Made by a program: the position numbers and the translations under genes. A stretch of DNA of 63,999 nt, the filler included, from Limisphaerales bacterium (GTDB lineage: Bacteria; Verrucomicrobiota; Verrucomicrobiia; Limisphaerales; SIBE01): assembly GCA_044225505.1 (NCBI GenBank). It is 4 parts of 4 records of this genome, joined end to end, with 100 filler letters (N's around TTAATTAATTAA, not from the genome) between each part and the next. Parts side by side here need not be neighbours in the genome. Positions count along the whole stretch, not along the records: positions 1 to 17,809 come from JBGAIN010000168.1; 3 more parts are not named here. The stretch is one strand, 5' to 3'. How positions within the stretch are numbered: the first letter of the stretch is position 1; the number at the start of each line of letters is the position of its first letter. Below the pieces are notes generated by a model. That model made no database searches, was not told the origin of the DNA, and worked only from the letters and a program-made list of their open reading frames with translations. This document shows positions 1 through 9,921 of the stretch, piece after piece.

Positions 1-1171
1 CCCGCCAATCGCCTCCGGAAACCAGATAGTGCCCGATGATGGGAGGGGTCGTCCACGGGACGTTCACAAACGGTTGACGTATCCAGTGCAGCTCCATGAG
101 GAGGTAGCTGCAGGTTGTTAACAACAAAGCGTTTACAATGTAAGGAACCATGAAAATCGGATTGAGAACGATCGGGAAGCCGAAAAAGATCGGCTCGTTA
201 ATCTGGAAGATCTGAGTCGGCAGTGAGATCCGACTGACTTTGCGGAAAGCTGGATCTTTGGAATTCAGCATAACGAGCGCCAGACCGATCGTTGCTCCGG
301 TCCCTCCTACGTTCACGAACGTGGTAAAGAATCCGTAGGCCGTCACGTAAGGCATGGCTTGGCCATGCGTCACCGCTTCGACGTTCGCCGCCAGATACTG
401 GAGAAAGATTGGGGCCACGACAGCGTCCATGGTATTATCGCCGTTGATGCCCACGGACCACAGCATGGTGACCAGGAAGGCGTAAACGAGGATCCCTGGC
501 AAAGTGTTGAGCGCAAAGACTAACGGCTTGAAAAGCGTTTGCACGAGGTGGTCGATATCGATTCCGCACACGAACCGGATACACCAGAATACCGTCACCA
601 GGAAGAAGAGTGGGCTCAGCGAAAGGAACGACTCGTAAACAATGGGCGGGACGGAATCCGGCAATTTGATGACTAAATTCTTATCTGTGAAGAACTTCTG
701 AACTCGCACACAAACTAGGGCGACGAGGATGGCGGTGAAGAGACCTTTCGAGCCCAGGCCGTCCATGGAAAGCGTGAGGTCTTTCAGCTGAAGTTCGATC
801 ATCAGGAAGACCAGAGTCGACATAGCCGCGCTGACGATTGCTTCCTGTTTCAAACGCGTTCCTAAGTCATAGCCGATGGCAAAGCAGGCAAAAACGGCCA
901 ACAACCCAAACGTGGCTGTGACTGGAACCTGGAGTAATTGAAGATAGGGAGCGACAGCCTTTTCCCAGCCTGGAATTGGGAGAAAGGAGACGATCATGAA
1001 GACGCCGCCAATGATGGTGAGAGGAACCACCGAGACCATTCCAGCGCGAATGGCGGACATATAGGCGTTTTCGCTGACGATCGTCAGAGCGGGGATCAGG
1101 TGACGAGCCAGGAATCCCTTTGCGGGAGGAGCGTGAGGGTCTGGTGGGGCGGTCGAGCCGGCGGTGGTCAA
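1..1171 (-). CDS. PTS sugar transporter subunit IIC, lactose/cellobiose (CelB/ChbC-like) family; 3' end runs off the window
   Basis: Not in the ORF track; manual minus-strand translation from TTG at 1171 gives YMSAIRAGMVSVVPLTIIGGVF, GLGSKGLFTAIL and QIFQINEPIFFGFPIVLNP, hallmark Lac-family EIIC motifs, with many hydrophobic segments. Confidence 0.9.
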   Translation of the reverse strand, partial: MTTAGSTAPPDPHAPPAKGFLARHLIPALTIVSENAYMSAIRAGMVSVVPLTIIGGVFMIVSFLPIPGWEKAVAPYLQLLQVPVTATFGLLAVFACFAIGYDLGTRLKQEAIVSAAMSTLVFLMIELQLKDLTLSMDGLGSKGLFTAILVALVCVRVQKFFTDKNLVIKLPDSVPPIVYESFLSLSPLFFLVTVFWCIRFVCGIDIDHLVQTLFKPLVFALNTLPGILVYAFLVTMLWSVGINGDNTMDAVVAPIFLQYLAANVEAVTHGQAMPYVTAYGFFTTFVNVGGTGATIGLALVMLNSKDPAFRKVSRISLPTQIFQINEPIFFGFPIVLNPIFMVPYIVNALLLTTCSYLLMELHWIRQPFVNVPWTTPPIIGHYLVSGGDWR

Positions 1172-1203
1172 AGTGTTTTGTGAAATGGTGTTTCGCCAGA
1201 ATG

Positions 1204-2493
1204 CTAGGAGCTGCGCCCGGCGAGTGTGGACTCCGACTGCCTCTCGTGCTTATTCCAATATTCTATTAGAGCCGCTTGGTGGGAGGACACTTTGTCAAAA
1301 GCTCGAACGATATCGTCGATATCTTCGGGAGAGCTGAGGAAGATGCTTTGTTCCAGCCAGACACATTGATCGCGGCAGATCAACTCGCTGTTCGGGCAAT
1401 GAACCGATGAATAATCAAGTGCTTCCTTGAAGTTTGCCAAGTACGGACCGAACGCTCTCTGCTGGAAGATCGGTTGCCGATACAGGGGATAGCCATAACC
1501 AGCGGAGCAAGGAATCCCTTCCGCCTGCAACGCGCGCAACAACATTGAGCGGGGCACGCCAAAGGCAGAGCCATCTAACCGCATCATGAAAAGATGGTAA
1601 CTGTGACGCGTGCAATGTTCCGGCCGTTTCTGAGGATAGATGCCTGGCCACTGAGCTAGCTTCTCCGATAGGTAACGCCCATTCGCATCTCTCGTGAGAG
1701 TCTGATCTTCCAGGCGATCCAGTTGGGCGTTCAGAACGGCGCCTTGGAACTCGCCCAGGCGGTAGTTCCCGGAAATGACGTGGTGTTCATACCAGACGCC
1801 AGAAGGAATGCGTCCACAATTGTGAATCGAACGGCACGCTTCGCTCAAGGCATCGTCGTTGGACGTGATCATGCCACCTTCACCCGAAGTCATGTTCTTG
1901 CTCGACTGAAATGAAAAAGAGGCAACGTGCCCAAGCGAGCCGGCTGGGCGTCCGCGCCAAGCGGCACCGTGAGCGTGGGCGGCGTCCTCAATGACGATGA
2001 GACTCTTTGCCCGCGCGATTGCCATGATCGCGTCCATGTCCGCGGGCTGGCCGGCGAAATGCACGGGAATGATCGCGCGTGTGCGTGGCGTAATGGCCGC
2101 CCGCACTGCGGCTGGATCCAGATTGAAGGTGTCCAAGTCGATGTCAGCAAACACGGGAACGGCATTGGCTTCAATCACGGCTGACGCCGTCGAAAAGAAG
2201 GTGTAAGGCGGGACAATGACTTCGTCACCGGCTTGGATGCCAGCGGCCAGAAGCGCAATTCGCAGCGACACGGTGCCATTCACGACCGCGATCCCGTGCT
2301 TGCATCCGTGCGCCTTGGCGAAGCGCCTTTCAAACTCGTCAACCTCCGATCCGTTCAGGCGCCCCCATTTTCCGCTCGTGAGGGTGCGGAGGAGCCGGTC
2401 TTCCTCGGTCTGGCCAAAGACAGGCCAGGTGGCAAACGGCTTCGTACGAACTGGAGGTCCGCCAAGGAGAGCGAGAGTTTGAGCCATAGACAT
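1204..2493 (-). CDS. DegT/DnrJ/EryC1/StrS PLP-dependent sugar aminotransferase (RifK/AHBA-synthase-like)
   Basis: Motifs GDEVIVPPYTF, IIPVHFAG, IEDAAHAHG and FSFQSSKNMTSGEGG (PLP lysine). Confidence 0.92.
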   Translation of the reverse strand: MSMAQTLALLGGPPVRTKPFATWPVFGQTEEDRLLRTLTSGKWGRLNGSEVDEFERRFAKAHGCKHGIAVVNGTVSLRIALLAAGIQAGDEVIVPPYTFFSTASAVIEANAVPVFADIDLDTFNLDPAAVRAAITPRTRAIIPVHFAGQPADMDAIMAIARAKSLIVIEDAAHAHGAAWRGRPAGSLGHVASFSFQSSKNMTSGEGGMITSNDDALSEACRSIHNCGRIPSGVWYEHHVISGNYRLGEFQGAVLNAQLDRLEDQTLTRDANGRYLSEKLAQWPGIYPQKRPEHCTRHSYHLFMMRLDGSAFGVPRSMLLRALQAEGIPCSAGYGYPLYRQPIFQQRAFGPYLANFKEALDYSSVHCPNSELICRDQCVWLEQSIFLSSPEDIDDIVRAFDKVSSHQAALIEYWNKHERQSESTLAGRSS

Positions 2494-2510
2494 ACGGCAG
2501 CTAAAATGCG

Positions 2511-3143
2511 TTAAGACGCGACGAGCGATTTGCCCATGTAAATACAGCCGTCGGAACCGCTCCCGACACGCACCAGCTCTTTGAAACCGAGTTTGCGGTA
2601 AAAGCCCTGTGCGGGTTCGTTGAGAAGACTGACGCCCAAATGCGCACCGGGCGATCCACGCTTACGGAGCATCATCATGACTTGCTCCATCATTCGGCGG
2701 CCATACCCCTGCCCTTGCGCTCGAGGGAGCAAGTCAATGTGCAAATGCGACGGATACTCCTGGTATGGCTCTGGACAGTAGTAGTCTGGGTGGTGATACC
2801 AATGATAGACCGTTTCCACTCGACTCCAGCGGCCCGGGTCACCGCTCGGCTCGGGAAAGCGCGCACAGATTCGCGGTCTCCAATCTCGATCGTATCGAGC
2901 ATAGAACGTCTTCGAATCGAGCGCCCCGAGAGCGTAGCCACAGATTCCCTCGTCATCCTCCAAGATTAGGCTCAGCTCCGGCTCTATCTCCAAATACGGG
3001 CCGACGAAGATTCGGCCAAGCGCATCTGGATCGTCTTGGTAAAACGGTTCGCCGTCTTTGCCAAAGTCACCGGTCTTTAGACAGACGTAGTAGGCTCCCG
3101 ACCTGTCACTCGGCTGAGCCGGACGGATAGTAAAGTCGCTCAT
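2511..3143 (-). CDS. GNAT acetyltransferase resembling the C-terminal (pseudo-)HAT domain of O-GlcNAcase
   Basis: YPSHLHIDLLPRAQGQGYG acetyl-CoA loop and NEPAQGFYRKLGF; start overlaps the GH84 stop (ATGA). Confidence 0.85.
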   Translation of the reverse strand: MSDFTIRPAQPSDRSGAYYVCLKTGDFGKDGEPFYQDDPDALGRIFVGPYLEIEPELSLILEDDEGICGYALGALDSKTFYARYDRDWRPRICARFPEPSGDPGRWSRVETVYHWYHHPDYYCPEPYQEYPSHLHIDLLPRAQGQGYGRRMMEQVMMMLRKRGSPGAHLGVSLLNEPAQGFYRKLGFKELVRVGSGSDGCIYMGKSLVAS

Positions 3144-4546
3144 GCTGGAGAACTCCTTGAAACCGAAGCCTGATCTCTCTGGGTTTCGCTGCTGGGTGGT
3201 GCAGGCGAAAATACGCCCGTGGCATCCAGCACCAATAATCGTTGCAGACGCGCGACGAGTCCGCCTCGATAAGTGCCTGGCAAATGAAAGTCGGATCGGA
3301 TCGCATCGTTGCGTCGCTGCGGATCGGCTTTGCCCGCCACGTACCTCTCAAGCAAGTCGAGTTCCTCCCGCAGCTCCCAGACACGTCGGCTCATCGCGTA
3401 GAACAACGCGCGATCCTTCAAGTCCGCCATCCTCGCACAGAACTCTCGCAACCGAGCGGAGAGTTTTAGAAACTCCGCGGCTTCGTCCCCCCATTGTCCA
3501 GGGTCGCTCGATAAAAGGCGTCGAGCCATTTGCAGCAAACGCTCGGCGTGTTCACCCTCGCGATGCGGAAGATAATAACTGTCGCCCAACAGGAGGAAGT
3601 CTTCCTCTCGCACCGCAGGCTCGAGCGTGGCAAAATGGTTGAACCATTCCTTCATGGCGGCGACATAAGCTCGACGGGGCTCCCACGACCCTTGCGCTTG
3701 GATAAACTGGCCCAAGGTGCGAACGGGTACATAGTTCAAGAGAAACTCGCAATTCGGGTTGCTTAATAGACCAGCCACCTCGTTGCGTAACTCCACTGGT
3801 CTCCCCGCGTAAGGTCCGCAAAAGAACCGGCGTCCGTCGTAGTCGTTCGCGTGAAGATTATCCCAAATGGTCGGCTTGCGCCGCAGCAATCCTGCCAACT
3901 CACGGGCATGGGCCACAGTAATCTCGCGCGACACAATATCCGGGCCGGTCCAGAAAATGTCGATTTCCGGCAGAAGCTCGCGCCCCAAGCTGGCCAAATA
4001 TCCTTCGCCGCCGAGTTTGGCGGCCGCCATTCGCCCGCAATAGGGAGTTGGGCAGAAGAGAAATCGTACCGCGGCAGCTTGCTGTTGCGCCCAACGAAAG
4101 AGCGTATTCGCGACATGGCATTGAGCGGGAGCAAGTGCACCCCAGCGCCGAAGATCATCCTCGGCCATCTTATCGGGAATATCGTCGAAGAGCAGAGCGA
4201 AGTGCTGGCAACCTGCGTCCAGCATTTGCTTCAACCGTCGCTGCAGGATCTCCAGGTCGCTGGCTTGGCCATAGCGCAGATCCAGCCCCGGGCTAAGCGC
4301 GTAGATGAAATGCAAATGCTTTTCCTGACATGCGCGGATCGATTGGCGCAAAGGTTCGATTTCCTGCGGCGAGTAGAGCTCACGCCACAACGCGCGCTGT
4401 TTGAAATCGTCCTTGGGACCATACATGTAAGTGTTCAAGCCCCAAGCAGCCATCTGGCCGAACAACTGCAGACGTTCCGCTTGAGACCAAGGCTGCCCAT
4501 AGAAGCCTTCGATGACGCCCGCCAGAAAGTCGGTCTTGTCTCGCAT
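3140..4546 (-). CDS. GH84 beta-N-acetylglucosaminidase (O-GlcNAcase-like)
   Basis: GVIEGFYGQPW, YMYGPKDD, catalytic FALLFDDI, FCPTPYC, IWDNLHANDYD; stalk-like RGGLVARLQRLL. Confidence 0.93.
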   Translation of the reverse strand: MRDKTDFLAGVIEGFYGQPWSQAERLQLFGQMAAWGLNTYMYGPKDDFKQRALWRELYSPQEIEPLRQSIRACQEKHLHFIYALSPGLDLRYGQASDLEILQRRLKQMLDAGCQHFALLFDDIPDKMAEDDLRRWGALAPAQCHVANTLFRWAQQQAAAVRFLFCPTPYCGRMAAAKLGGEGYLASLGRELLPEIDIFWTGPDIVSREITVAHARELAGLLRRKPTIWDNLHANDYDGRRFFCGPYAGRPVELRNEVAGLLSNPNCEFLLNYVPVRTLGQFIQAQGSWEPRRAYVAAMKEWFNHFATLEPAVREEDFLLLGDSYYLPHREGEHAERLLQMARRLLSSDPGQWGDEAAEFLKLSARLREFCARMADLKDRALFYAMSRRVWELREELDLLERYVAGKADPQRRNDAIRSDFHLPGTYRGGLVARLQRLLVLDATGVFSPAPPSSETQRDQASVSRSSPA

Positions 4547-4753
4547 CGCAATACCGTAAGAATGAGTTGATCCTTACACTAGCGCCGCCGTCCAGGGCAA
4601 CCCAATATTGAGGGCGAATGTTCAAGAACCCCGAAGGTGGCTCGACGATGATCTGAAATTGCAGAGTCGTCTGGGAATGAACGAAGCTAACCCTGAGGAG
4701 GCGATGCCAATCGCAACTTTGAGAAGTGATTCCCAGGATGGCCCTGCGTCGCG

Positions 4754-5120
4754 TTAAGCAGGAAGTTCAACGACTAAAGCCCGGCCGCTCTTGAAGTCCG
4801 CTGGCGCGACCAAAATGTCACCGCCACGCGCTCGCACGATCGGCCGAACGATGGCCAAGCCTAAACCGGTCGACTTCTCACCACCCGTCGTCGCGTTGCC
4901 TACGTTTGGAAAGGTTCGAAGAGGCGCCCCCGCTTCTTGGGAGCAATCCCGAGCTCCTGGTCGCGCACTGTCAGGCGCACGGTGCCTTTCCGTGTCGAAT
5001 CGAAAGGGTGCCTGCTGGGGCAATTGCCAACCGACGAGCTGCGTTGAGCAACCGATGGTTGGTCGCCAATATTCAACTCGCCTAGAAAAACGGTGTTGAA
5101 TTCGCGAATCGAGCACAACC
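4754..5120 (-). pseudogene. Decayed histidine-kinase HATPase fragment
   Basis: One frame gives VRLTVRDQELGIAPKKRGRLFEPFQT* (degenerate G1/F boxes); another continues GEKSTGLGLAIVRPIVRARGGDI (G2 box); no HisKA region recognisable. Confidence 0.6.
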
Positions 5121-5204
5121 TCTTCGGAAAGCGTGCCGCTCTAGATCTGACAGACTGGGTGGCGTTGGCACCGTAGGACATGAGCTTAGCAAAGGACGAC
5201 GGAA

Positions 5205-7901
5205 GTGTCCTGTGGCTGTATGAGACAGACAGTTTATCTCCGAAGAACGAAGAGCTTTGCCGAGCACGCGTCGGGTGGGGCATGGGCTTCTTATTTGGAG
5301 ATCTGGAGCCTGTGGATTGCCCTCTCACTCTTTCCCGCGTGCGCTCAGGCGGAAAACAAATTCCCATCCCTTTCTCGCGATTATCTTCTGCATCGCTGGC
5401 AAACCGAACAGGGCCTGCCCCAAAACTCGGTCACGTCGATTCTCCAGACTCGAGACGGTTTCATGTGGCTGGGCACGTTCAATGGGCTCGTTCGTTTTGA
5501 TGGCCTGAAATTCATTGCCTACACCGTTGGAAATTCCCCGAATTTAAGATCTGATGGCGTTGCGTCCCTCTTCGAAGACCGTTCGGGTTGCCTCTGGATC
5601 GGAACCGACTCCGGGGGGCTTCAGGCATTGTATCAAGGAGTGTTTCAGCATATTCAGCTTCCCGAGACCGGCCCAGCCGTCGTTGTCTCCAGCTTCTGCG
5701 AAGATTCCGATGGGACTCTGTGGATTGGATCAGACAGTGGGTTGTTTCGCCGCACGCCAACAACGATTCAGCGTGTTTCTTCAGCTGATCCGAAGCATCC
5801 TCTCGGAGCGATTGACAAAGTCGTTTGCGACAGGGAGGGCACTCTTTGGATCTCTTCAGGCGCCCAACTCTGGATAAAGAAGCGGGATCAACTGACTCAG
5901 GAACGTGATTATGGGCGTATCTCGTGCTTGACGCTCGCACCGGATGGGACCGTTTGGTTCGCTAGTGAATTCCGCGGCCTTGTGAACTCCCATGGAGGCG
6001 CTCGGCCGGTCTTGGCTCCCTGGGGCGCTGGGATGCCCGAATACCTCTGTGTGTGTCGGAACGGCACGTTGTGGTTCGTGGTTCACTCCACCATCACTCA
6101 TCTGCTCCCGAATGATCGACGCGATTACGAGCTTCCCGACGAACTCAGTGGGGGAGTTCTAACTTTGTTTGAGGATGCCGAGAAAAGCATTTGGATTGGC
6201 AGCAACGGAGGGGGATTGGTTCGAGCGCGGGAACGGTTGGTAATCAACTATACAACGCGCGATGGTTTACCGGGGAATGACATTGTCGTCCTTTCGGAGG
6301 ACCTGGTGGGTCGCGTTTGGATTGGGGGATTCGCCGCTGGTGTCGGAGTCTGGAACAGCCACGCTTACCAACACCTGGCTGGGTTGCCGAAGGCCCCAAC
6401 CGACGTCATCTCGCTTTGTCGTGGAAAGGACGATTGCATGTGGCTCGGCACTCGAGACAGACAAGTCTTCCTGTGGCAAGCTAACGGAGAGGCGGTCTGC
6501 GTCGAGACACTCGACGATGAGCCGAGAATCCTATTTGAAGACAGAGATGCCAGAGTATGGGTGGGAGGCCGACGCACGGGCGTCGAACTTCGAAATGGGG
6601 CGCAACGCAAACGCTATTCGCAGCTCGAGGGACTCAGCGATCCCTTTGTGACAGCTATCTGCCAGACGGACGACGGCGCCATCTGGATCGGAACGAAGCA
6701 TGGGCTGAACCGGCTGCTTGACGGAAAGATCACTCAATACCACCAGCAGGATGGACTCGGCGCGGATTGTGTACAGACACTCTACGTGGATACGAGCGGC
6801 CTTCTGTGGGTGGGAACGGCTGGGGGCGGACTTTCTTGTCTACGAGGTCAACGCTTTGCCACTATTTCTGCGGACAATGGTTTGCCGAACGAGGTTATTG
6901 CGCAGATCATCGAGGACGGGATCGATTCGATTTGGCTTGGGTCAAACGCCGGGATATTCAGAGCAAATCGGCAGGATCTGCTTCATTGTGCTGACCAGTC
7001 CCTTCACACCGTTCATTTCCAAGTGATCGATCGTCAGGATGGTATGATCAATCCGGAATGCGCCGGTAGCTTTCAACCGTCGTGTCTGCGAGCGCGCGAC
7101 GGACGGCTGTGGTTTGCGACGGTGGGGGGCGTTGCCATGGTTGACCCGCGACGCGTTAATCGCGAATCGCTGCCTCCCGCCGTGCAGGTCAGCTCCGTGC
7201 GAGCGGACGGACAAGTCTGCACCGGGAAGAGTGCAGAAGACCAGGCCACCATTCGAATACCTCCAGGGCGCTCGCGGGTGCGCATTGACTATACGGGACT
7301 CAGTTTCGAAGCCCCGGAAAAGGTTACTTTTCGAGTTTGCCTTCAGGGCCTCGATAGAACCTGGCTTGACGTTGGGACGCTTCGTACTGTCTTTTATGAT
7401 CGACTCGCGCCCGGCGCATATACATTCGCTGTCAATGCCTGCAATGCGGAGGGCCGTTGGAATGGCGTCGGAAGTCAGGTGAAGATCGTGGTGGAGCCGT
7501 TTTGGTGGCAAACGATTTGGTGCAAAGCGATAACGGGGCTACTCGCGATCGCTCTCATGACCTGCCTGGCTTGGGTATTGCATCACCGACGACTCGGCCG
7601 GGCTCTCGAAATCACCCGGCAGCGAGCCACAGAGGAACGGGCAGCGGAACTCTCGATATTGAACCAACTGCTTCACACCCGCACGAATGAACTGGAAGCC
7701 GCATTGGGGAGTGTCAAGACTCTGCGCGGTCTGATCCCGATCTGCGCACACTGCAAGAAGATTCGAACGGACGATGGCTTTTGGCATCAAGTCGAAACCT
7801 ATGTTCAGAGGCACTCAGAAGCTAAGTTCTCTCACGGGTTTTGTCCCCAGTGTTTGCCCGTTTACTTTCCCGAAAGTGAAACCGTCGACAAACCTGGCTA
7901 A
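5205..7901 (+). CDS. Membrane sensor: two-component-regulator beta-propellers + Y_Y_Y domain + TM + short Cys-rich cytoplasmic tail (no kinase domain)
   Basis: GLPQNSV...DGFMWLGT repeats, LAPGAYTF (Y_Y_Y), PFWWQT before the TM helix, C-terminal PICAHCKKIR...FSHGFCPQC; start uncertain. Confidence 0.85.
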   Translation: MSCGCMRQTVYLRRTKSFAEHASGGAWASYLEIWSLWIALSLFPACAQAENKFPSLSRDYLLHRWQTEQGLPQNSVTSILQTRDGFMWLGTFNGLVRFDGLKFIAYTVGNSPNLRSDGVASLFEDRSGCLWIGTDSGGLQALYQGVFQHIQLPETGPAVVVSSFCEDSDGTLWIGSDSGLFRRTPTTIQRVSSADPKHPLGAIDKVVCDREGTLWISSGAQLWIKKRDQLTQERDYGRISCLTLAPDGTVWFASEFRGLVNSHGGARPVLAPWGAGMPEYLCVCRNGTLWFVVHSTITHLLPNDRRDYELPDELSGGVLTLFEDAEKSIWIGSNGGGLVRARERLVINYTTRDGLPGNDIVVLSEDLVGRVWIGGFAAGVGVWNSHAYQHLAGLPKAPTDVISLCRGKDDCMWLGTRDRQVFLWQANGEAVCVETLDDEPRILFEDRDARVWVGGRRTGVELRNGAQRKRYSQLEGLSDPFVTAICQTDDGAIWIGTKHGLNRLLDGKITQYHQQDGLGADCVQTLYVDTSGLLWVGTAGGGLSCLRGQRFATISADNGLPNEVIAQIIEDGIDSIWLGSNAGIFRANRQDLLHCADQSLHTVHFQVIDRQDGMINPECAGSFQPSCLRARDGRLWFATVGGVAMVDPRRVNRESLPPAVQVSSVRADGQVCTGKSAEDQATIRIPPGRSRVRIDYTGLSFEAPEKVTFRVCLQGLDRTWLDVGTLRTVFYDRLAPGAYTFAVNACNAEGRWNGVGSQVKIVVEPFWWQTIWCKAITGLLAIALMTCLAWVLHHRRLGRALEITRQRATEERAAELSILNQLLHTRTNELEAALGSVKTLRGLIPICAHCKKIRTDDGFWHQVETYVQRHSEAKFSHGFCPQCLPVYFPESETVDKPG

Positions 7902-7961
7902 GAAACTTGAGTGAGAGATCCAACGTTTTCCACCGACGATTACGACAGCATCGCAATACCG

Positions 7962-9259
7962 CAGGGCAGACGCATCTAAAATATTTCAGGGCAGACGCAT
8001 CTAAAATATTTCAGGAGAGTGCTGACAGCCGCTAAGGCACTAGGCAAATTTTGCCTTGTACACCAAGGACTTATGTATAAATAGAAGAGGATGCAAAAGC
8101 ATCCTACTCTAAGTTTGGTGGAACAATTCAAAGAGATGCCCGATCCGCGCGTCGATCGCACCAAGGATCATTCGCTGGTCGATATTCTGGTGATCGCCGT
8201 CTGCACGTTGCTCTGCGCGGGAGAAACCTTCAATGACATGGAGGATTTCGGAAAAGCCAAAGAGGACTGGTTCAGAACGTTTCTGACGCTGGCCAACGGC
8301 ATCCCTTCTCACGATACGTTCAACCGCGTCTTTGCGGCACTGAATCCCAAAGAGTTTCTGGAGTGTTTCCTGCGCTGGACGCAGAGCCTACGGCAGGCCG
8401 TGCATCAAGAGATTGTCGCCTTGGACGGCAAAGCCTTGCGGCGGGCGATGAATAAAAAGGAGAATCTCAAGTATGTGGTCAGCGCCTGGGCTGAAAGCAA
8501 TAACCTGGTGCTAGGGCAATTGAAGGTGGTCGATAAGAGCAATGAAATCACGGCGGTGCCTGAATTGCTGCGCGTGCTCGAACTCAGCGGCTGTATCGTC
8601 ACCCTTGATGCGATGGGCTGCCAAAAGAAAATCGCCAAGGAAATCATCGAAGCCGACGCCGATTACGTGCTGGCCCTCAAAGGCAACCAGGAAACGGTGC
8701 ATGAGGAAGTCAAAAGCTTTCTGGATGCGACGATCCTGGAGGCGCAAGCCCCGCGGCCAACCGCCGCTCCTGTGCCCAAAGCCGCCGCCACTTTAGCCCA
8801 CGTTCAAACGGTAGAGAAAGATCATGGCCGCATTGAAATCCGAGACTATTACCAAAGTGATCAGTTGGCTTGGTTTGCCGATCTGGACAAGTGGGAGGGA
8901 CTCAAGTCGGTCGGCGTGGTCGAGTCCACCCGCGAAATGGATGGAGTCAAAACGGTGGAGCGCCGCTACTACTTGGCCAGTTTATCTCTGAATGTGGAAT
9001 TGTTCGCGCGAGCCGTGCGCGGCCACTGGGGCGTGGAAAACAAACTTCATTGGGTGATGGACGTCTGTTTTCACGAAGACCAAAGCCGTGCACGCACCGG
9101 TCACGCCGCCGAAAATCTTGCCACAATGCGGCGACTTGCACTGAACATGCTCAAAAAGGAGACCACCAAAAAGCGAGGCATCAAAGGAAAACAGCTCAAC
9201 GCCAGCTGGGACCATGCCTATTTGCTCCGACTATTGGGCGTTTAGATGCGTTTCCCCTG
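7962..9259 (+). mobile_element. ISAs1-family insertion sequence
   Basis: Left IR CAGGGCAGACGCATCTAAA (7962-7980, repeated at 7987-8005) and right IR TTTAGATGCGTTTCCCCTG (9241-9259), 17/19 complementary, flanking a transposase. Confidence 0.9.
8091..9245 (+). CDS. ISAs1-family DDE transposase
   Basis: DPRVDRTKDH, GIPSHDTF, ALDGK, KSNEITAVP, TLDAMGCQ, LKGNQ, HWGVENKLHW motifs. Confidence 0.95.
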   Translation: MQKHPTLSLVEQFKEMPDPRVDRTKDHSLVDILVIAVCTLLCAGETFNDMEDFGKAKEDWFRTFLTLANGIPSHDTFNRVFAALNPKEFLECFLRWTQSLRQAVHQEIVALDGKALRRAMNKKENLKYVVSAWAESNNLVLGQLKVVDKSNEITAVPELLRVLELSGCIVTLDAMGCQKKIAKEIIEADADYVLALKGNQETVHEEVKSFLDATILEAQAPRPTAAPVPKAAATLAHVQTVEKDHGRIEIRDYYQSDQLAWFADLDKWEGLKSVGVVESTREMDGVKTVERRYYLASLSLNVELFARAVRGHWGVENKLHWVMDVCFHEDQSRARTGHAAENLATMRRLALNMLKKETTKKRGIKGKQLNASWDHAYLLRLLGV

Positions 9260-9351
9260 TGCGTCGGCCCTAGGGGACTTGACAAAACTGCCACTCAGGC
9301 CTGAAGTTAGCCTCGCGTTTCAGTATACGGTACTGAGATCTCTGCTGAAAT

Positions 9352-9696
9352 ATGAATGCTCCATCGGACGCTGTTGCACTCCTGCGACAGATTTTCTTCC
9401 AACAAGATCGCGAAGCGGCGCGAATTGACACAGCCGTTTCGTGGCTTGGTTGGTTAGGTCGTGAGCTGACCACGGGAGTTGGGATCGCAGCGCTGGTTTG
9501 TTTCGCGGTACTGGTGGTAGCCTTGATTATCTATCGTCCGCGACTTCGCCGTGGATCGTTGTGGGTTCCAGCGTTTGGCTTTTTTGGAGGAGCACCCACC
9601 TTGTACTTACACACGCGACCGGCTAGCTTTTGCGGCTGGTTTCAGCATTCGCGTCGCCTTCGCCAGAAGTCTAACGGGCACAGTCGCGGGATGTAA
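9352..9696 (+). CDS. Putative small membrane protein
   Basis: One strong hydrophobic segment; TTGACA at 9279-9284 upstream; no family recognised. Confidence 0.4.
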   Translation: MNAPSDAVALLRQIFFQQDREAARIDTAVSWLGWLGRELTTGVGIAALVCFAVLVVALIIYRPRLRRGSLWVPAFGFFGGAPTLYLHTRPASFCGWFQHSRRLRQKSNGHSRGM

Positions 9697-9921
9697 ACAA
9701 ACGTCGCTCACCGTGGCGACTTGTCCCGATTCAGGCCCGGCAATCGCGCGATAAAATCGTGATCTATCTGACGGTTGCTCCGGATCGACGAAATCAAATA
9801 CGTCAATGAGGTCCAGTTCGTTGCGCTCAAGAACGGGTCCTAGCAATGTGCCCTGGTGCGCGTCCAGCGGCAGCGCGAGGCTCAGGCACTCGCAGGAGCG
9901 AGCTACCCACATCCGTTCGCT

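Noticed and set aside
1204..2493. Ansamycin/aminoglycoside biosynthetic cluster
   Set aside because: Only the aminotransferase is present; no PKS, cyclase or glycosyltransferase nearby in the window
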